Shown: positions 10,179-19,758 of the stretch, piece after piece | Numbering within the stretch: the stretch's first letter is position 1 | How the letters are laid out: each line of letters begins with the position of its first letter | NCBI RefSeq assembly: GCF_028368995.1 | Contig: NZ_JAQNDL010000004.1 | Coordinates: 691,882-755,881 of the forward strand | DNA length: 64,000 nucleotides | Direction: 5' to 3' | Source: Nannocystis bainbridge | Lineage (GTDB): Bacteria; Myxococcota_A; Polyangia; Nannocystales; Nannocystaceae | Notes under the pieces: generated by a model | What the model was told of the DNA's origin: nothing | Database searches by the model: none | The model's input: the letters and a program-made list of their open reading frames with translations, nothing else | Position numbers and translations under genes: made by a program

Positions 10179-10928
10179 ATGGCCGACGCCCCGTTCCTCA
10201 CCGCCGAGTGGCGCGACCTCGTGATGCTGAACTTCGTCGTCGACCCGGCCGTGCTCGCGCCGCACGTCCCGCCGGGGACCGAGCTCGATCTGTTCGGCGG
10301 CGAGGCCTTCGTCAGCGTGGTCGGCTTCATGTTCCTGCGCACGCGCCTGATGGGCTGCCCCGTGCCGTGGCACCGCGATTTCGAGGAGCTCAACCTGCGC
10401 TTCTACGTCCGCCGGCGCGGGCAGGACGGCGAGCCGCACGTGGGCGCCGATGGCTACAAGCGCGGGGTCGCGTTCGTCAAGGAGATCGTGCCGCGCGCGG
10501 CGGTGGCGATGGTGGCGCGGCGGCTGTACGGCGAGCGCTACGAGGCCTGGCCCATGCGACATACGAAAGTGCCAGCCACGGCGGCGGCCAGCGGGGCGGT
10601 CGGCTACGCGGTGCGGATCGGCGGGCGCTGGCACGAGCTGGGGCTGGGGTTCCGCGGAGAGCCGGCCGCGCTCGTCCCCGGATCGGAGGCGGAGTTCATC
10701 GCCGAGCACTACTGGGGTTACGTCGCCGGGCCGGGCCGGCCGACGATCGAGTACCGCGTCGAGCACCCGCCGTGGCGGGTCTGGCACGGCGAAGCGCCGC
10801 AGCTCCGGGCCGACGTGGCAGCGCTGTACGGTCGGGAGTGGGCTGCCGCCCTGGCGACGCCGCCGCGCTCGGCGTTCCTCGCCGACGGCTCGCCGGTCAC
10901 GGTCTATCACGGCCGCAGGCTGACGTGA
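10179..10928 (+). CDS. DUF2071/YqjF family protein
   Basis: Motifs FLTAEWRDLVMLNF, FEELNLRFYV, FIAEHYWGY and YRVEHPPW. Confidence 0.85.
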   Translation: MADAPFLTAEWRDLVMLNFVVDPAVLAPHVPPGTELDLFGGEAFVSVVGFMFLRTRLMGCPVPWHRDFEELNLRFYVRRRGQDGEPHVGADGYKRGVAFVKEIVPRAAVAMVARRLYGERYEAWPMRHTKVPATAAASGAVGYAVRIGGRWHELGLGFRGEPAALVPGSEAEFIAEHYWGYVAGPGRPTIEYRVEHPPWRVWHGEAPQLRADVAALYGREWAAALATPPRSAFLADGSPVTVYHGRRLT

Positions 10929-11029
10929 GCGCTTGCGCCGGGGCGGCGAGTGGGCGACGCTCGGCGCCGAAGTGCCTCGCAGGAGCCGCATCGATCGGGG
11001 GACGGAGCGCCACGAGGCCGCTCGGTGTC

Positions 11030-11091
11030 TTCATGGACATGTCGTCATGGACATGTCGGATAGAACATGTTGGATGGGACATGTCCATGAA
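11030..11091. repeat. Nested palindrome with perfect 14-bp arms (TTCATGGACATGTC / GACATGTCCATGAA) and four ACATGT units in total
   Basis: Read directly: arms at 11030-11043 and 11078-11091. Confidence 0.85.
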
Positions 11092-11122
11092 TTATAGCTC
11101 GTGAAGGGTTGGAGGTGAGCGC

Positions 11123-11905
11123 GTGGGTCTCTTTGATTTTCGCTGTCCGGTGTCCGGGCTGTCGCTGCGCGCCGCCGATGCGGTCCACGTGGCGCTGATC
11201 GAGCTCGATCCGGGCGAGTGGGCGCCGCTGTCGCTGCCGGTCGTCGGCTGCTACGACCGCGGCGGCTCGATCGACGGCTTCACCCCGGACTTCCGCACCG
11301 ACCTGTTCGCGGCGGGGTTCGCCAGGTTCTACAAGTGCGGCCGCGCCGACGGCCCCGACGTCAGCCATGAGCTGCGCGAGTTCTCGCGTCAGCCCGACTT
11401 CGGGCGGCTGCTCCACGTGTTCGAGCGCGTCAACACGATGAGCCAGTGGCACGCGATGGAGTTCACGCTCGACGGCCTGCCGCTGCGGCAGGTCCTGATC
11501 CACGCGGAGGTGTTCTCGACCGTGGCGCCGTCGGAGCCGCCGACCCGCGCCCCCGCGTTCGAGGCGATCGAGCAGCAGCTCGCGGCCGCGCCGGTGGCCC
11601 CGCAGGCGCGCGAGATGTTCGAGGCGCTGATCATCGCCGACGACCCGATCCGCTGCCAGACCGCCGCGGCGCTGTCGCAGCTGGCCGCGTTCTCGCGCTG
11701 GCTGGCGGAGCGCGGTAAGTCATGGTCACCGGCGCCGGAGAGCGGCCAGTACTTCGTTGAGACGGACCTCGAGTTCGCCCGCGAGGCGCGGACGACCTGG
11801 GCCGCCGACCCTCAGGTGCTGTCGGTCGTCGAGCTCGTGATCCAGGACCTCGAGGAGGAGCTCGCGGGCGGTCGGCGGCGTCGTCGACGTGCGCGCGCGC
11901 TGTGA
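11123..11905 (+). CDS. Hypothetical protein
   Basis: GGAGGT RBS before GTG and GC3-rich codon use; no recognised family. Confidence 0.75.
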   Translation: MGLFDFRCPVSGLSLRAADAVHVALIELDPGEWAPLSLPVVGCYDRGGSIDGFTPDFRTDLFAAGFARFYKCGRADGPDVSHELREFSRQPDFGRLLHVFERVNTMSQWHAMEFTLDGLPLRQVLIHAEVFSTVAPSEPPTRAPAFEAIEQQLAAAPVAPQAREMFEALIIADDPIRCQTAAALSQLAAFSRWLAERGKSWSPAPESGQYFVETDLEFAREARTTWAADPQVLSVVELVIQDLEEELAGGRRRRRRARAL

Positions 11906-12144
11906 AGCACGTGCGTCGCGGTCGGCCGATCGGATCGCCACGATCGGCGTGCCGAGCGTGCGGGGACGCTGTACTCGTCGGCGGGGATCCGGATCTCCGA
12001 GACGCTGGCCGAGTACATGATGAACCTGCGCGCGACGTACCCGTGAGCGGGGACTTTGTATGAGTCCGGGTGTGAATGATCAACATGTCTCGATGGACAT
12101 GTAGCGGCCGGTCTTGGAAGACCGGGACACGCCGGCGCAGCGGG

Positions 12145-13515
12145 TCAGCCTCCGTTCGCCGGGCACAGGGCGCCGGCCTTGCGCGCCGCGGCGGAGCCCG
12201 GCCGTTCGTCGGCGATCCGGGCCGCCTCGGCGCGGGCCGCTTCGACCTGGCCCAGCGAGCAGAGCGCGCTGACCAGCGACAGCCGGCGCTCTTCGACCAG
12301 GGCGCCGGCCGGGAACTCGAGCGCGTGTCGCTGCAGCAGCGCGTGGGCCTGCGTCCAGGTGCCGGCGCGCAGGGCAGCGCGGGCCTCGGCCATCAGCGTG
12401 GACTCGCGGAGGAGCGCGTCGGGTTCGATCGGCGCGGAATCATCGGATGTCGCATCGGACATGTCCTTCGGGACATTGATGAGAGTCGTGGCTCGGGTGG
12501 GCGAGCTCGCCTGAGCGGCGCGGGCCGCGGCCGCGGTGAGGCGCGCGAACTCGGGCGAGGGCTGGTCGTCCAGGGCGGCCGGGGTCGCATCGGCGGGCGG
12601 TGAGGCGGCGGGCCGCGCCGCTTCGGCCGCGGACGCGACCCGAGCGGCGGGCGCGGGCGCGGCGGTTGGCTCGCTTCGCGGCGCCGTGAACACGACGACG
12701 GCGACGAGCCCGACCACCGCGGCCGCGATCGCATTGGTGGTGGCGAGCCCGGACGCGAGCGCGCCCGTCGTCCCCGCGGGCGCAGCGGTCCACGCCGACG
12801 CGGTCCACGCCTGGGATGCAGCCTGCGCGGCGGCGGCCTCGCCGGCCCCGGCCAGGCCCACGCCCGCGACCAGCGCGAGCCACACCCGCTGGCGCGTCGC
12901 CGGGCTCGGTTCGCCGGCCCGGCGGGCGCGACTCAGCAGCAGCGCGCGCTCGTCGAGCGCGGCCTCGCCGGTGGCCCGGCGCTCGCGCAGGCGGACCCGC
13001 GCGAACGTGCGGTCGAACTCCTGGCGAGCCGCCCGCAGCCGCGAATACACCGTGTTCTCCTTGACCTCGAGCGCGCGGGCGATCTCCGGCGCCGTCATCT
13101 GCTCGAGCTCCGCCAGCAGGAACACCGCGCGCTTGTCCTCGTCGAGCCGGTCGAGGAAGCGCTCCAGCAGCGCGGCGGCCTCGCGCTCGGCGACCGCGTC
13201 GGTGCCCTCGTGCGCGCGCGGGGCCTCGTCGGCGAACGCCTGCGCCAGCCGGTGCTGGCGCCCCGCGGACCGCCGCTGTCGCCACGCGATCTTGCGGGCG
13301 ATGCCGTACAGCCAGCCGCGGACCGAGGTGATCGGCGCGTCGGGGCGGCGCAGGACCACCAGGAAGACCTCCTGGGCCGCGTCCTCGACGGCGCCCGGGG
13401 CCACGCCGAGGCGACGCAGGTTGCGGTGGACGAACCCGATGTGCTCGCGGAACAGCGCCTCGAACGCGGCGCCGCCGGGGGGCACGGGGTCGGACTCGAG
13501 GGGCTGGAGCTGCAT
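12145..13515 (-). CDS. ECF sigma factor fused to TM segment and C-terminal TPR-like (anti-sigma-like) domain
   Basis: Region 2 (EDAAQEVFLVV, RGWLYGIA) and region 4 (APEIARAL..NTVYSRLRAAR), hydrophobic AAAVVGLVAVVVF, C-terminal HALEFPAGALVEER..ALC. Confidence 0.85.
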   Translation of the reverse strand: MQLQPLESDPVPPGGAAFEALFREHIGFVHRNLRRLGVAPGAVEDAAQEVFLVVLRRPDAPITSVRGWLYGIARKIAWRQRRSAGRQHRLAQAFADEAPRAHEGTDAVAEREAAALLERFLDRLDEDKRAVFLLAELEQMTAPEIARALEVKENTVYSRLRAARQEFDRTFARVRLRERRATGEAALDERALLLSRARRAGEPSPATRQRVWLALVAGVGLAGAGEAAAAQAASQAWTASAWTAAPAGTTGALASGLATTNAIAAAVVGLVAVVVFTAPRSEPTAAPAPAARVASAAEAARPAASPPADATPAALDDQPSPEFARLTAAAARAAQASSPTRATTLINVPKDMSDATSDDSAPIEPDALLRESTLMAEARAALRAGTWTQAHALLQRHALEFPAGALVEERRLSLVSALCSLGQVEAARAEAARIADERPGSAAARKAGALCPANGG

Positions 13516-13551
13516 GGATCGGTCGGTATCTCCGGGTCGCCGCGGATCCGT

Positions 13552-14724
13552 CTAAAAAAGTTGCACCGCGACGCCGCCGCCCAGGCGCACGCCCGCGGGC
13601 GGCACCGCGTAGAACTCGCCGCCGTCGCGGGTGGCGTAGCGGCGGCGCGTGAAGGCGACCACGGCCTCGATCTCGAGGCCGAGCACCAGCCAGCGCAGCG
13701 GTCGCCACTGCAGGCCCGGGGCCAGCAGACCGGCCGCCCACAGCCCGCGGGAGGTCTCGCTCGCCGTGAGGCCCACGCCCTCGGCGCGCAGCCGCCCGAG
13801 CTCGAGGCCGGCGCACAGCTCGAGCGCGAGGGTGCGGCGGACCAACCGCGGACAGCCACGCACGGCCCCGGCGGCGAGCTGCAGGGTGGCGCCGACCCCC
13901 GGGTGGGCAGGGTCGCGCAGCGGGCTGCCGAACCAGCCGCTGCCGCGCAGGTCGAGCCGGGCCGGGCGCCACACCAGCGAGAGGTGACCGGAAAGACCGG
14001 CAGCGAACCGCTCACTGGGCCCGACGCCGGCGGCGGCGCCGAAGCCGAGCGCGAGCCCGGGGCGGCGGCGCGGGGGGACGGTCGAGGCCGCGAGCGGCCC
14101 GGCGGCGGTCGAGGAAGCGCTGGACGACGCGGACGCGGTCCCGGCGGCGGTGAGCGGCGCGGACGCGGTCGCGGAGGCGGAGAGCGGCGCAGACGCGGTC
14201 GCGGGCAGCGGCGCGGGCGTGGATCCGGGCAGCGGCGCGGAGGTGGATCCGGGCAGCGGCGCGGGCGGGATCGACGGGCCGGCGGGCAGCGGCGAGGGCT
14301 TCGGGCCGGGCGGCGGGGCGAGGTCGAGCTCGAGCGGATCGGGCGGCGGCGCGGGGCCCTGCATGAAGCGCGTGCTGACCTCGAGCGGCGCCGCGGCGAC
14401 GGCCACGATCACCGCGGTCGCGTCCGCCAAAGCCTCGCAGCGCGGGCTGTGGAGCGTCCGCCGCTGCTCGCCGCCGACCTCGCGCACGCGCAGCTCGAGG
14501 GTGTAGCCGCCGGCGTCGGCGACGAGGCGGGCCTCGGCCGTGACCGGCTGGGGCGCGCCGCCGGCGGTCAGGCGCAGGGCAGTCGCCTCGACCTGCGCGC
14601 GGCCCGGACAGCCCGCCAGCTCGGGCCAGCGCAGCTCGAGCCAGGTCGGCGCCGCCGCGACCTCGCGGGCGCCGAGGACCGTCAAGCACAGCGCGGCGAG
14701 GCAGGAACCTGGTCGAAGAGACAT
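13552..14724 (-). CDS. Secreted/outer-membrane beta-barrel-like partner of the ECF module
   Basis: Signal peptide, W...GCP and C.ALADA N-terminal domain, Pro-rich tandem repeats (14140-14270), alternating beta strands ending in Phe. Confidence 0.7.
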   Translation of the reverse strand: MSLRPGSCLAALCLTVLGAREVAAAPTWLELRWPELAGCPGRAQVEATALRLTAGGAPQPVTAEARLVADAGGYTLELRVREVGGEQRRTLHSPRCEALADATAVIVAVAAAPLEVSTRFMQGPAPPPDPLELDLAPPPGPKPSPLPAGPSIPPAPLPGSTSAPLPGSTPAPLPATASAPLSASATASAPLTAAGTASASSSASSTAAGPLAASTVPPRRRPGLALGFGAAAGVGPSERFAAGLSGHLSLVWRPARLDLRGSGWFGSPLRDPAHPGVGATLQLAAGAVRGCPRLVRRTLALELCAGLELGRLRAEGVGLTASETSRGLWAAGLLAPGLQWRPLRWLVLGLEIEAVVAFTRRRYATRDGGEFYAVPPAGVRLGGGVAVQLF

Positions 14725-15021
14725 GTGACCCGGGACGCCGGGCGCGAGGGTAGCGAGGCTGGTCGGCGCCGACAAGCGGGACAGGCCCCTCGCGCCGGCG
14801 AAGCGCGCTGCGCCCCGCGTGCGCTCGCAAGCCGCAGCGCCGGAGCGCCCGCGAGCGGTGACCGTGGGCGGCCGGCGCCGTCGCCCGGACCGTCGCCCGT
14901 ATAGGAGGATCACGAGCGCGGCGCATCGAGCCGCGAGGGCGCGTCGTCGATCGAAGTCGCGCCGTCGAGGTGGCCGAAAGATTTTTCGACGGGTCTCGCC
15001 GGTGCCGGAGATGGGTCGGCC

Positions 15022-16653
15022 ATGCACACCACGACGCGCCCCGTCATCGACGCCCAACTTCTCACGACCCCCGCCGCCCGACTGCGCAGCCGCACGCGCC
15101 CGATTCACCGGATTACGCGCGGGGTGAGCCTCGGCGGCTGGTTGCTCGCGCTCGCGTGTGACGGCGGCGGCGCGACGAGCACGGCGCACACGACCGCCGA
15201 CGACACGACCATCGCGACCACGCAGGACAGCGGCACCGAGGGGCCGGACCCGGGCACCACGAAGGGCACCGAGGGGCCCGACCCGGGCACGACGAGCGAC
15301 GGGAGCACCACCGCAGTGAGTGCCAGCGACGGCAGCACCACCCACGGCACGAGCGAAGGCACGACGAGCGAAGACACGACGAGCGAAGGCACGACGAGCG
15401 AGGGCACGACGAGCGAAGGCACGACGAGCGAGGGCACGACGAGCGAGGGCACGACCTTCGGCACCACCGGCGCGTGCGAGAGCGACGATCGGGCGGTCAA
15501 GCTCGGGCGGCTGATCGATCCGCTGGACGGCAGCGTGCTCGAGCCCGCGATCGTCATCGTCCACGCCGACCGGATCGTCGCCGTCACCTCCGACGAGGCC
15601 GCGATCCCGTGCGGCGCCGAGATCGTCGACTGGTCGCGCTACACCGGCGTGCCCGGGCTCGTCGACGCCCACACCCACTTCGTCTACCAGACCGACGACG
15701 AGCCCGGCACCTTCCCGTGGTCGCGCAGCTGGTGGCTGTTCCAGAACAAGCCGGACACGCTGGCCGCGCTGGCGCGCCAGGCGGCGGAGAAGACGATCCA
15801 GCTCGGCGTCACCACGGCGATCGACAAGGGCTGCGGCCCGGGCGAGGGCATCATCGCCGGGCTGCGCGACGCGATCGCGGCCGGCGAGGTCGTCGGTCCG
15901 CGCATCTACTCGGCCGGCTACGGGATCAGCGGGCCGGTGCCGTCGATCCCGGTGATGAAGGGGTGGATCGAGCAGAACGTGGCGAACGGCGCCGACCTGA
16001 TCAAGGTGTGGGCCGACAACTGCAGCGACGACACGCTGACCTGCACCTCGAAGTTCAGCTTCGACCAGCTCAAGGCGGCCGTCGACCACGCGCACGCGCT
16101 CGGCAAGCCGATCGCCATCCACGCCTACCACGCCGACACCGCGAAGCTGGCGATCATGGCCGGCCCGGACTCGCTGGAGCACCCGGAGGGCCTCGATACC
16201 ATCGACTTCATGGACATGATCGCGATGGGCATCACCTACGTGCCGACCATCGATCACAACCGCTATTACCGGGACAACCTGGCCTACTTCGGCTACGAGC
16301 CGGGCAAGGCGGCGGAGTTCGAGGCGTACATCGCGTTGAACCTGGCGACCGCGAATCAGGCGTACCTGGCCGGGGTCGACATCGCCATGGGCTCCGACGC
16401 GGTGTTCAGCGGGTTCGGCGAGAACACGCGCGAGCTGGGGTGGTTCATCGAGGCCGGGATGACGCCGCTCGAGGCGCTGCAGGCCGCGACGCTCGAGGGC
16501 GCGGCCAGCATCGGGGTCGAGCACGAGGTCGGCCGGGTCGCGCCCGGTTACTTCGCCGACATCGTCGCGGTCGACGGCGATCCGCTGACCGACGTGAACG
16601 TCCTGATCGACGATGTGCACGCGGTGATGAAGAGCGGCGTGGTGGTGCCGTGA
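15022..16653 (+). CDS. Amidohydrolase-family (Xaa-Pro dipeptidase-like) lipoprotein; start uncertain
   Basis: Motifs PGLVDAHTH, GADLIKV, IAIHAY, SLEH, MGSDA and GRVAPGYFADIVAVDGDPL; LLALAC lipobox. Confidence 0.85.
   Translation: MHTTTRPVIDAQLLTTPAARLRSRTRPIHRITRGVSLGGWLLALACDGGGATSTAHTTADDTTIATTQDSGTEGPDPGTTKGTEGPDPGTTSDGSTTAVSASDGSTTHGTSEGTTSEDTTSEGTTSEGTTSEGTTSEGTTSEGTTFGTTGACESDDRAVKLGRLIDPLDGSVLEPAIVIVHADRIVAVTSDEAAIPCGAEIVDWSRYTGVPGLVDAHTHFVYQTDDEPGTFPWSRSWWLFQNKPDTLAALARQAAEKTIQLGVTTAIDKGCGPGEGIIAGLRDAIAAGEVVGPRIYSAGYGISGPVPSIPVMKGWIEQNVANGADLIKVWADNCSDDTLTCTSKFSFDQLKAAVDHAHALGKPIAIHAYHADTAKLAIMAGPDSLEHPEGLDTIDFMDMIAMGITYVPTIDHNRYYRDNLAYFGYEPGKAAEFEAYIALNLATANQAYLAGVDIAMGSDAVFSGFGENTRELGWFIEAGMTPLEALQAATLEGAASIGVEHEVGRVAPGYFADIVAVDGDPLTDVNVLIDDVHAVMKSGVVVP
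15346..15456 (+). repeat. 15-bp tandem repeat (ACGACGAGCGARGGC) encoding TTSEG, about 7 copies
   Basis: Seen directly in the Thr-rich linker of the amidohydrolase. Confidence 0.85.
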
Positions 16654-16965
16654 TCGGCCGTCGCGAGCGGGCTGCGCGTCCGGGCGCGGCCCACGCATGC
16701 TGCGGATCCGCGGTCCTCGGCGCCTCGCAGTAACAGAGCGCGGGCTGCTGGGTGTCGCGGCGAAGGAGCGCCACTCTCGGCGACGACCATGGCCACCGTG
16801 ACCTCGCGCTCGGGGGCTCTGACGGGCTGCCCACGGAGAGAAATAGTTCGAAGTTTTTTGGATCTCAACGGGGTTGTCGGGGCTCTTCACCCTTGAGCGT
16901 CGCTCTGGCCGGGCGTCCTCCCGACGAAGGCCAGGACTGGGGCGCCATCCACCGGACAAAATGAC

Positions 16966-17343
16966 ATGAAGAAGCTCGCATTTCTCGCTCTTGCTGCTGC
17001 TGCTGTCGGCGGCCTGTCCCTGACCTCGCTCCCGAGCACAGCGATCGCCAAGGGTCAGTGCAATGGCACGACGAAGCCCTGTCCGCTCCAGCAGTGGATG
17101 CGCGACAACCTGGGTACTCCCATGGCGAGCGGCGACTTCGTCGCGGTTGCCAAAGGGGTCGAGAAGATCCAAACATTCGGCGGCCCTGCCATGAAGGACT
17201 GGACCAAGTTCGCCAAGAAGACGGTCGACGACCTCAAGGCCAACAAGTCGGACGACGTGAAGGCCGACTGCAAAACGTGCCACGACGCCTACAAGGTCGC
17301 CTACAAGAACAACACGGCGCTGCGGAACCGGCCGATCCCGTGA
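16966..17343 (+). CDS. Small secreted monoheme c-type cytochrome
   Basis: Signal peptide, C-terminal CKTCH, extra N-terminal Cys pair. Confidence 0.75.
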   Translation: MKKLAFLALAAAAVGGLSLTSLPSTAIAKGQCNGTTKPCPLQQWMRDNLGTPMASGDFVAVAKGVEKIQTFGGPAMKDWTKFAKKTVDDLKANKSDDVKADCKTCHDAYKVAYKNNTALRNRPIP

Positions 17344-17395
17344 GCGATTCACCGCGGAGGTGGCGAGCAGGCCGCGCAGAGACCGGCAGGCGCTC

Positions 17396-17475
17396 GCCGA
17401 GGAGACGCTGCGCCGCCTGCCTCTGACCCGGCAGGGCATGGTGCTCGGCACGCCGGCGTACGTGGCCCCGGAGCC
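17396..17475 (+). pseudogene. Ser/Thr kinase activation-loop fragment
   Basis: LTRQGMVLGTPAYVAPE with no other kinase subdomains around it. Confidence 0.6.
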
Positions 17476-17537
17476 GTTTTGCGGCGAGCGGGTTGTCGGC
17501 GGTGGGCTTGTCGGCGACGGGATCACCGTCGCTGGGC

Positions 17538-18100
17538 TCAAGCGGGCCGAGCTGCGAGGAGCGGGAGCCGGACCGTGAACACCGCGCCTCCGCCCTCGCC
17601 CGGGCTCTCGGCGTTCACGGTGCCGCCGTGCAGCTCGACGAGTTGGCGGACGATCGCCAGGCCGAGCCCGAGGCCGCCATGAGCGCGGGTCGTCGTCGGG
17701 TCGGCCTGACTGAAGCGGTCGAACACGTGCGGCAGGAACTCGCTCCGGATCCCCGCGCCTGTGTCGGCGACGCGAAGCTGCATCGCGTCACCCTCGCGCT
17801 TCAGCGACAGGGTGACGATGCCGCCCACGGGCGTGAACTTGATGGCGTTGCTGAGCAGGGTTCCACAGCACCTGCTGCATGCGCTCGGGATCGGCGAGGG
17901 CCGGGCGCAGTTCGTGCGAGACGGTGGCGAGGAACTCGTCCTTGAGCCGCGTCACCGTCTCCGCCGCTTCGCGGGCCGCGCGTTCGCGGACTACCAGGTC
18001 GCGGACCACGTACTGTCGTCGACGGTCGCGGAGCGCCGACCGCACGGCCGTCACCAGCGTCAGCGGGGTGACCGGCCGCGCCAGCACGGTGACGTGGCAT
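17538..18100 (-). pseudogene. Histidine kinase pseudogene (internal deletion plus frameshift)
   Basis: [13 protein letters not shown] joined directly to [12 protein letters not shown], then a frame change to [28 protein letters not shown]. Confidence 0.85.
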
Positions 18101-18234
18101 AAGCGGCCGCCTGGCGCTTGACCGTCAATGACCCGAGAGTCATGGATTGCGAAATCAACGCCAGCGCCGGTCTCGGGGCAATATCGGGCCGCAGGCGGTA
18201 AACGCGATAATCGAAGTTCCGAGGAGATCAGGCC

Positions 18235-19758
18235 ATGGACGACGTTCTCATCGTGGGTGCCGGACCGACCGGCCTTGTGCTGGCGCTTTGGCTGAAAAAA
18301 CAAGGCATCCGGTTCCGGATCATCGACAAGAGCGCCGGGCCTGGAGAGACCTCCCGCGCCATGGCCGTGCAGGCCCGCACGCTGGAGCTCTACCGCCAGC
18401 TCGATCTCGCGGATGCGGTCGTCGCCGCCGGTCACAGGAATCCGAACATCAACCTGTGGGCCCGCGGCAAGCGACGGGCGCATGTCTCCTTCGCCGACGC
18501 GGGTACCGACGTGACGCCGTACCCCTTCGTCCTGGTGTACCCCCAGGACCTCCACGAGCGGCTCCTGGCGGAGCGCTTGCAGGTGCTCGGTGTCGAGGTC
18601 GAGCGCCGGACCGAGCTGGTCTCCTTCGAAGACAAGGGTGACCACGTCGTCGCTCGCCTCAGGACGCCCGACGGCGGCGAACAGAATCACGAAGCGCGAT
18701 ACCTCGCCGGCTGCGACGGCGCTCGCTCCCCGATCCGCCATGCGCTCGGCATCGAATTCGAGGGCGGCACCTACAAGCAGATCTTCTATGTGGCCGACGT
18801 CGCGTTGAACGGGCTTGAACCGGCCGACGAGGTCCACATCGCGCTCGATACGTCCGACTTCGTGGCGGTGCTGTCCTACGGAGGAGACCGCAACCGCCTG
18901 ATCGGAACGGTCAAGGACGAACGCGCGGACCGCCCCGAGACCCTGACGTTCGAGGACGTCGGCCACCAAGCGATCGAGGGTCTCGGGATCGAGGTCCGGA
19001 AGGTCCACTGGTTCTCCACCTATCGCGTCCACCACCGGGTCACCGGCAGCTTCCGGCGCGGTCACGTCTTCCTGGTCGGGGACGCCGCCCACGTCCACAG
19101 CCCGGCCGGAGGCCAGGGGATGAACACCGGCATCCTCGACGCCATCAACCTGGCGTGGAAGCTCGCCATGGTCGTGAAGGGGCAGGCACCCGACAGCCTG
19201 CTCGACAGCTATGACCTCGAACGCCGGGCGTTCGCCCGCAAGCTCGTCGATACCACGGACCGCCTGTTCACGTTCGTCACCGCCGACGGAAGCTTCGCGG
19301 ACTTCGTCAGGACCCGGATCGCCCCGGTCGTCGCAAGCGCGGCGTACCGCATCGAAAGCGTCCGTGAATTCATGTTTCGAATGATCTCGCAGACGACCCT
19401 GAGCTACCAGGAGAGTCCCCTGAGCGAGGGCAAGGCGGGTTCGATCGAAGGCGGCGACCGTCTGCCGTGGGCGCGGTCGGCGGCCTCGGACAACTACGCG
19501 CCGCTGGCGGACATCGGCTGGCAGATTCACGTCTACGGCGCGGCCCGATCCGACCTGCGGAGCTGGTGCGAGCGGCGCCGTGTCCCGCTGCACACGTTCG
19601 CCTGGAGGCCCGAGCACAAGAAGGCTGGCCTGCAGAAGAATGCCCTCTATCTGCTTCGGCCGGACACCTGGGTGGCGCTCGCCGAGCCGCAGCAGTCCAC
19701 GGCTACCCTCGACCGGTATTTCAGCGCACGGGGGCTCGCCCCGGGGGAGGTCCTTTGA
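18235..19758 (+). CDS. FAD-dependent monooxygenase (FAD_binding_3)
   Basis: Motifs VLIVGAGPTG, GCDGARS and GDAAHVHSPAGGQGMNTG; GAGGAG RBS. Confidence 0.93.
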   Translation: MDDVLIVGAGPTGLVLALWLKKQGIRFRIIDKSAGPGETSRAMAVQARTLELYRQLDLADAVVAAGHRNPNINLWARGKRRAHVSFADAGTDVTPYPFVLVYPQDLHERLLAERLQVLGVEVERRTELVSFEDKGDHVVARLRTPDGGEQNHEARYLAGCDGARSPIRHALGIEFEGGTYKQIFYVADVALNGLEPADEVHIALDTSDFVAVLSYGGDRNRLIGTVKDERADRPETLTFEDVGHQAIEGLGIEVRKVHWFSTYRVHHRVTGSFRRGHVFLVGDAAHVHSPAGGQGMNTGILDAINLAWKLAMVVKGQAPDSLLDSYDLERRAFARKLVDTTDRLFTFVTADGSFADFVRTRIAPVVASAAYRIESVREFMFRMISQTTLSYQESPLSEGKAGSIEGGDRLPWARSAASDNYAPLADIGWQIHVYGAARSDLRSWCERRRVPLHTFAWRPEHKKAGLQKNALYLLRPDTWVALAEPQQSTATLDRYFSARGLAPGEVL

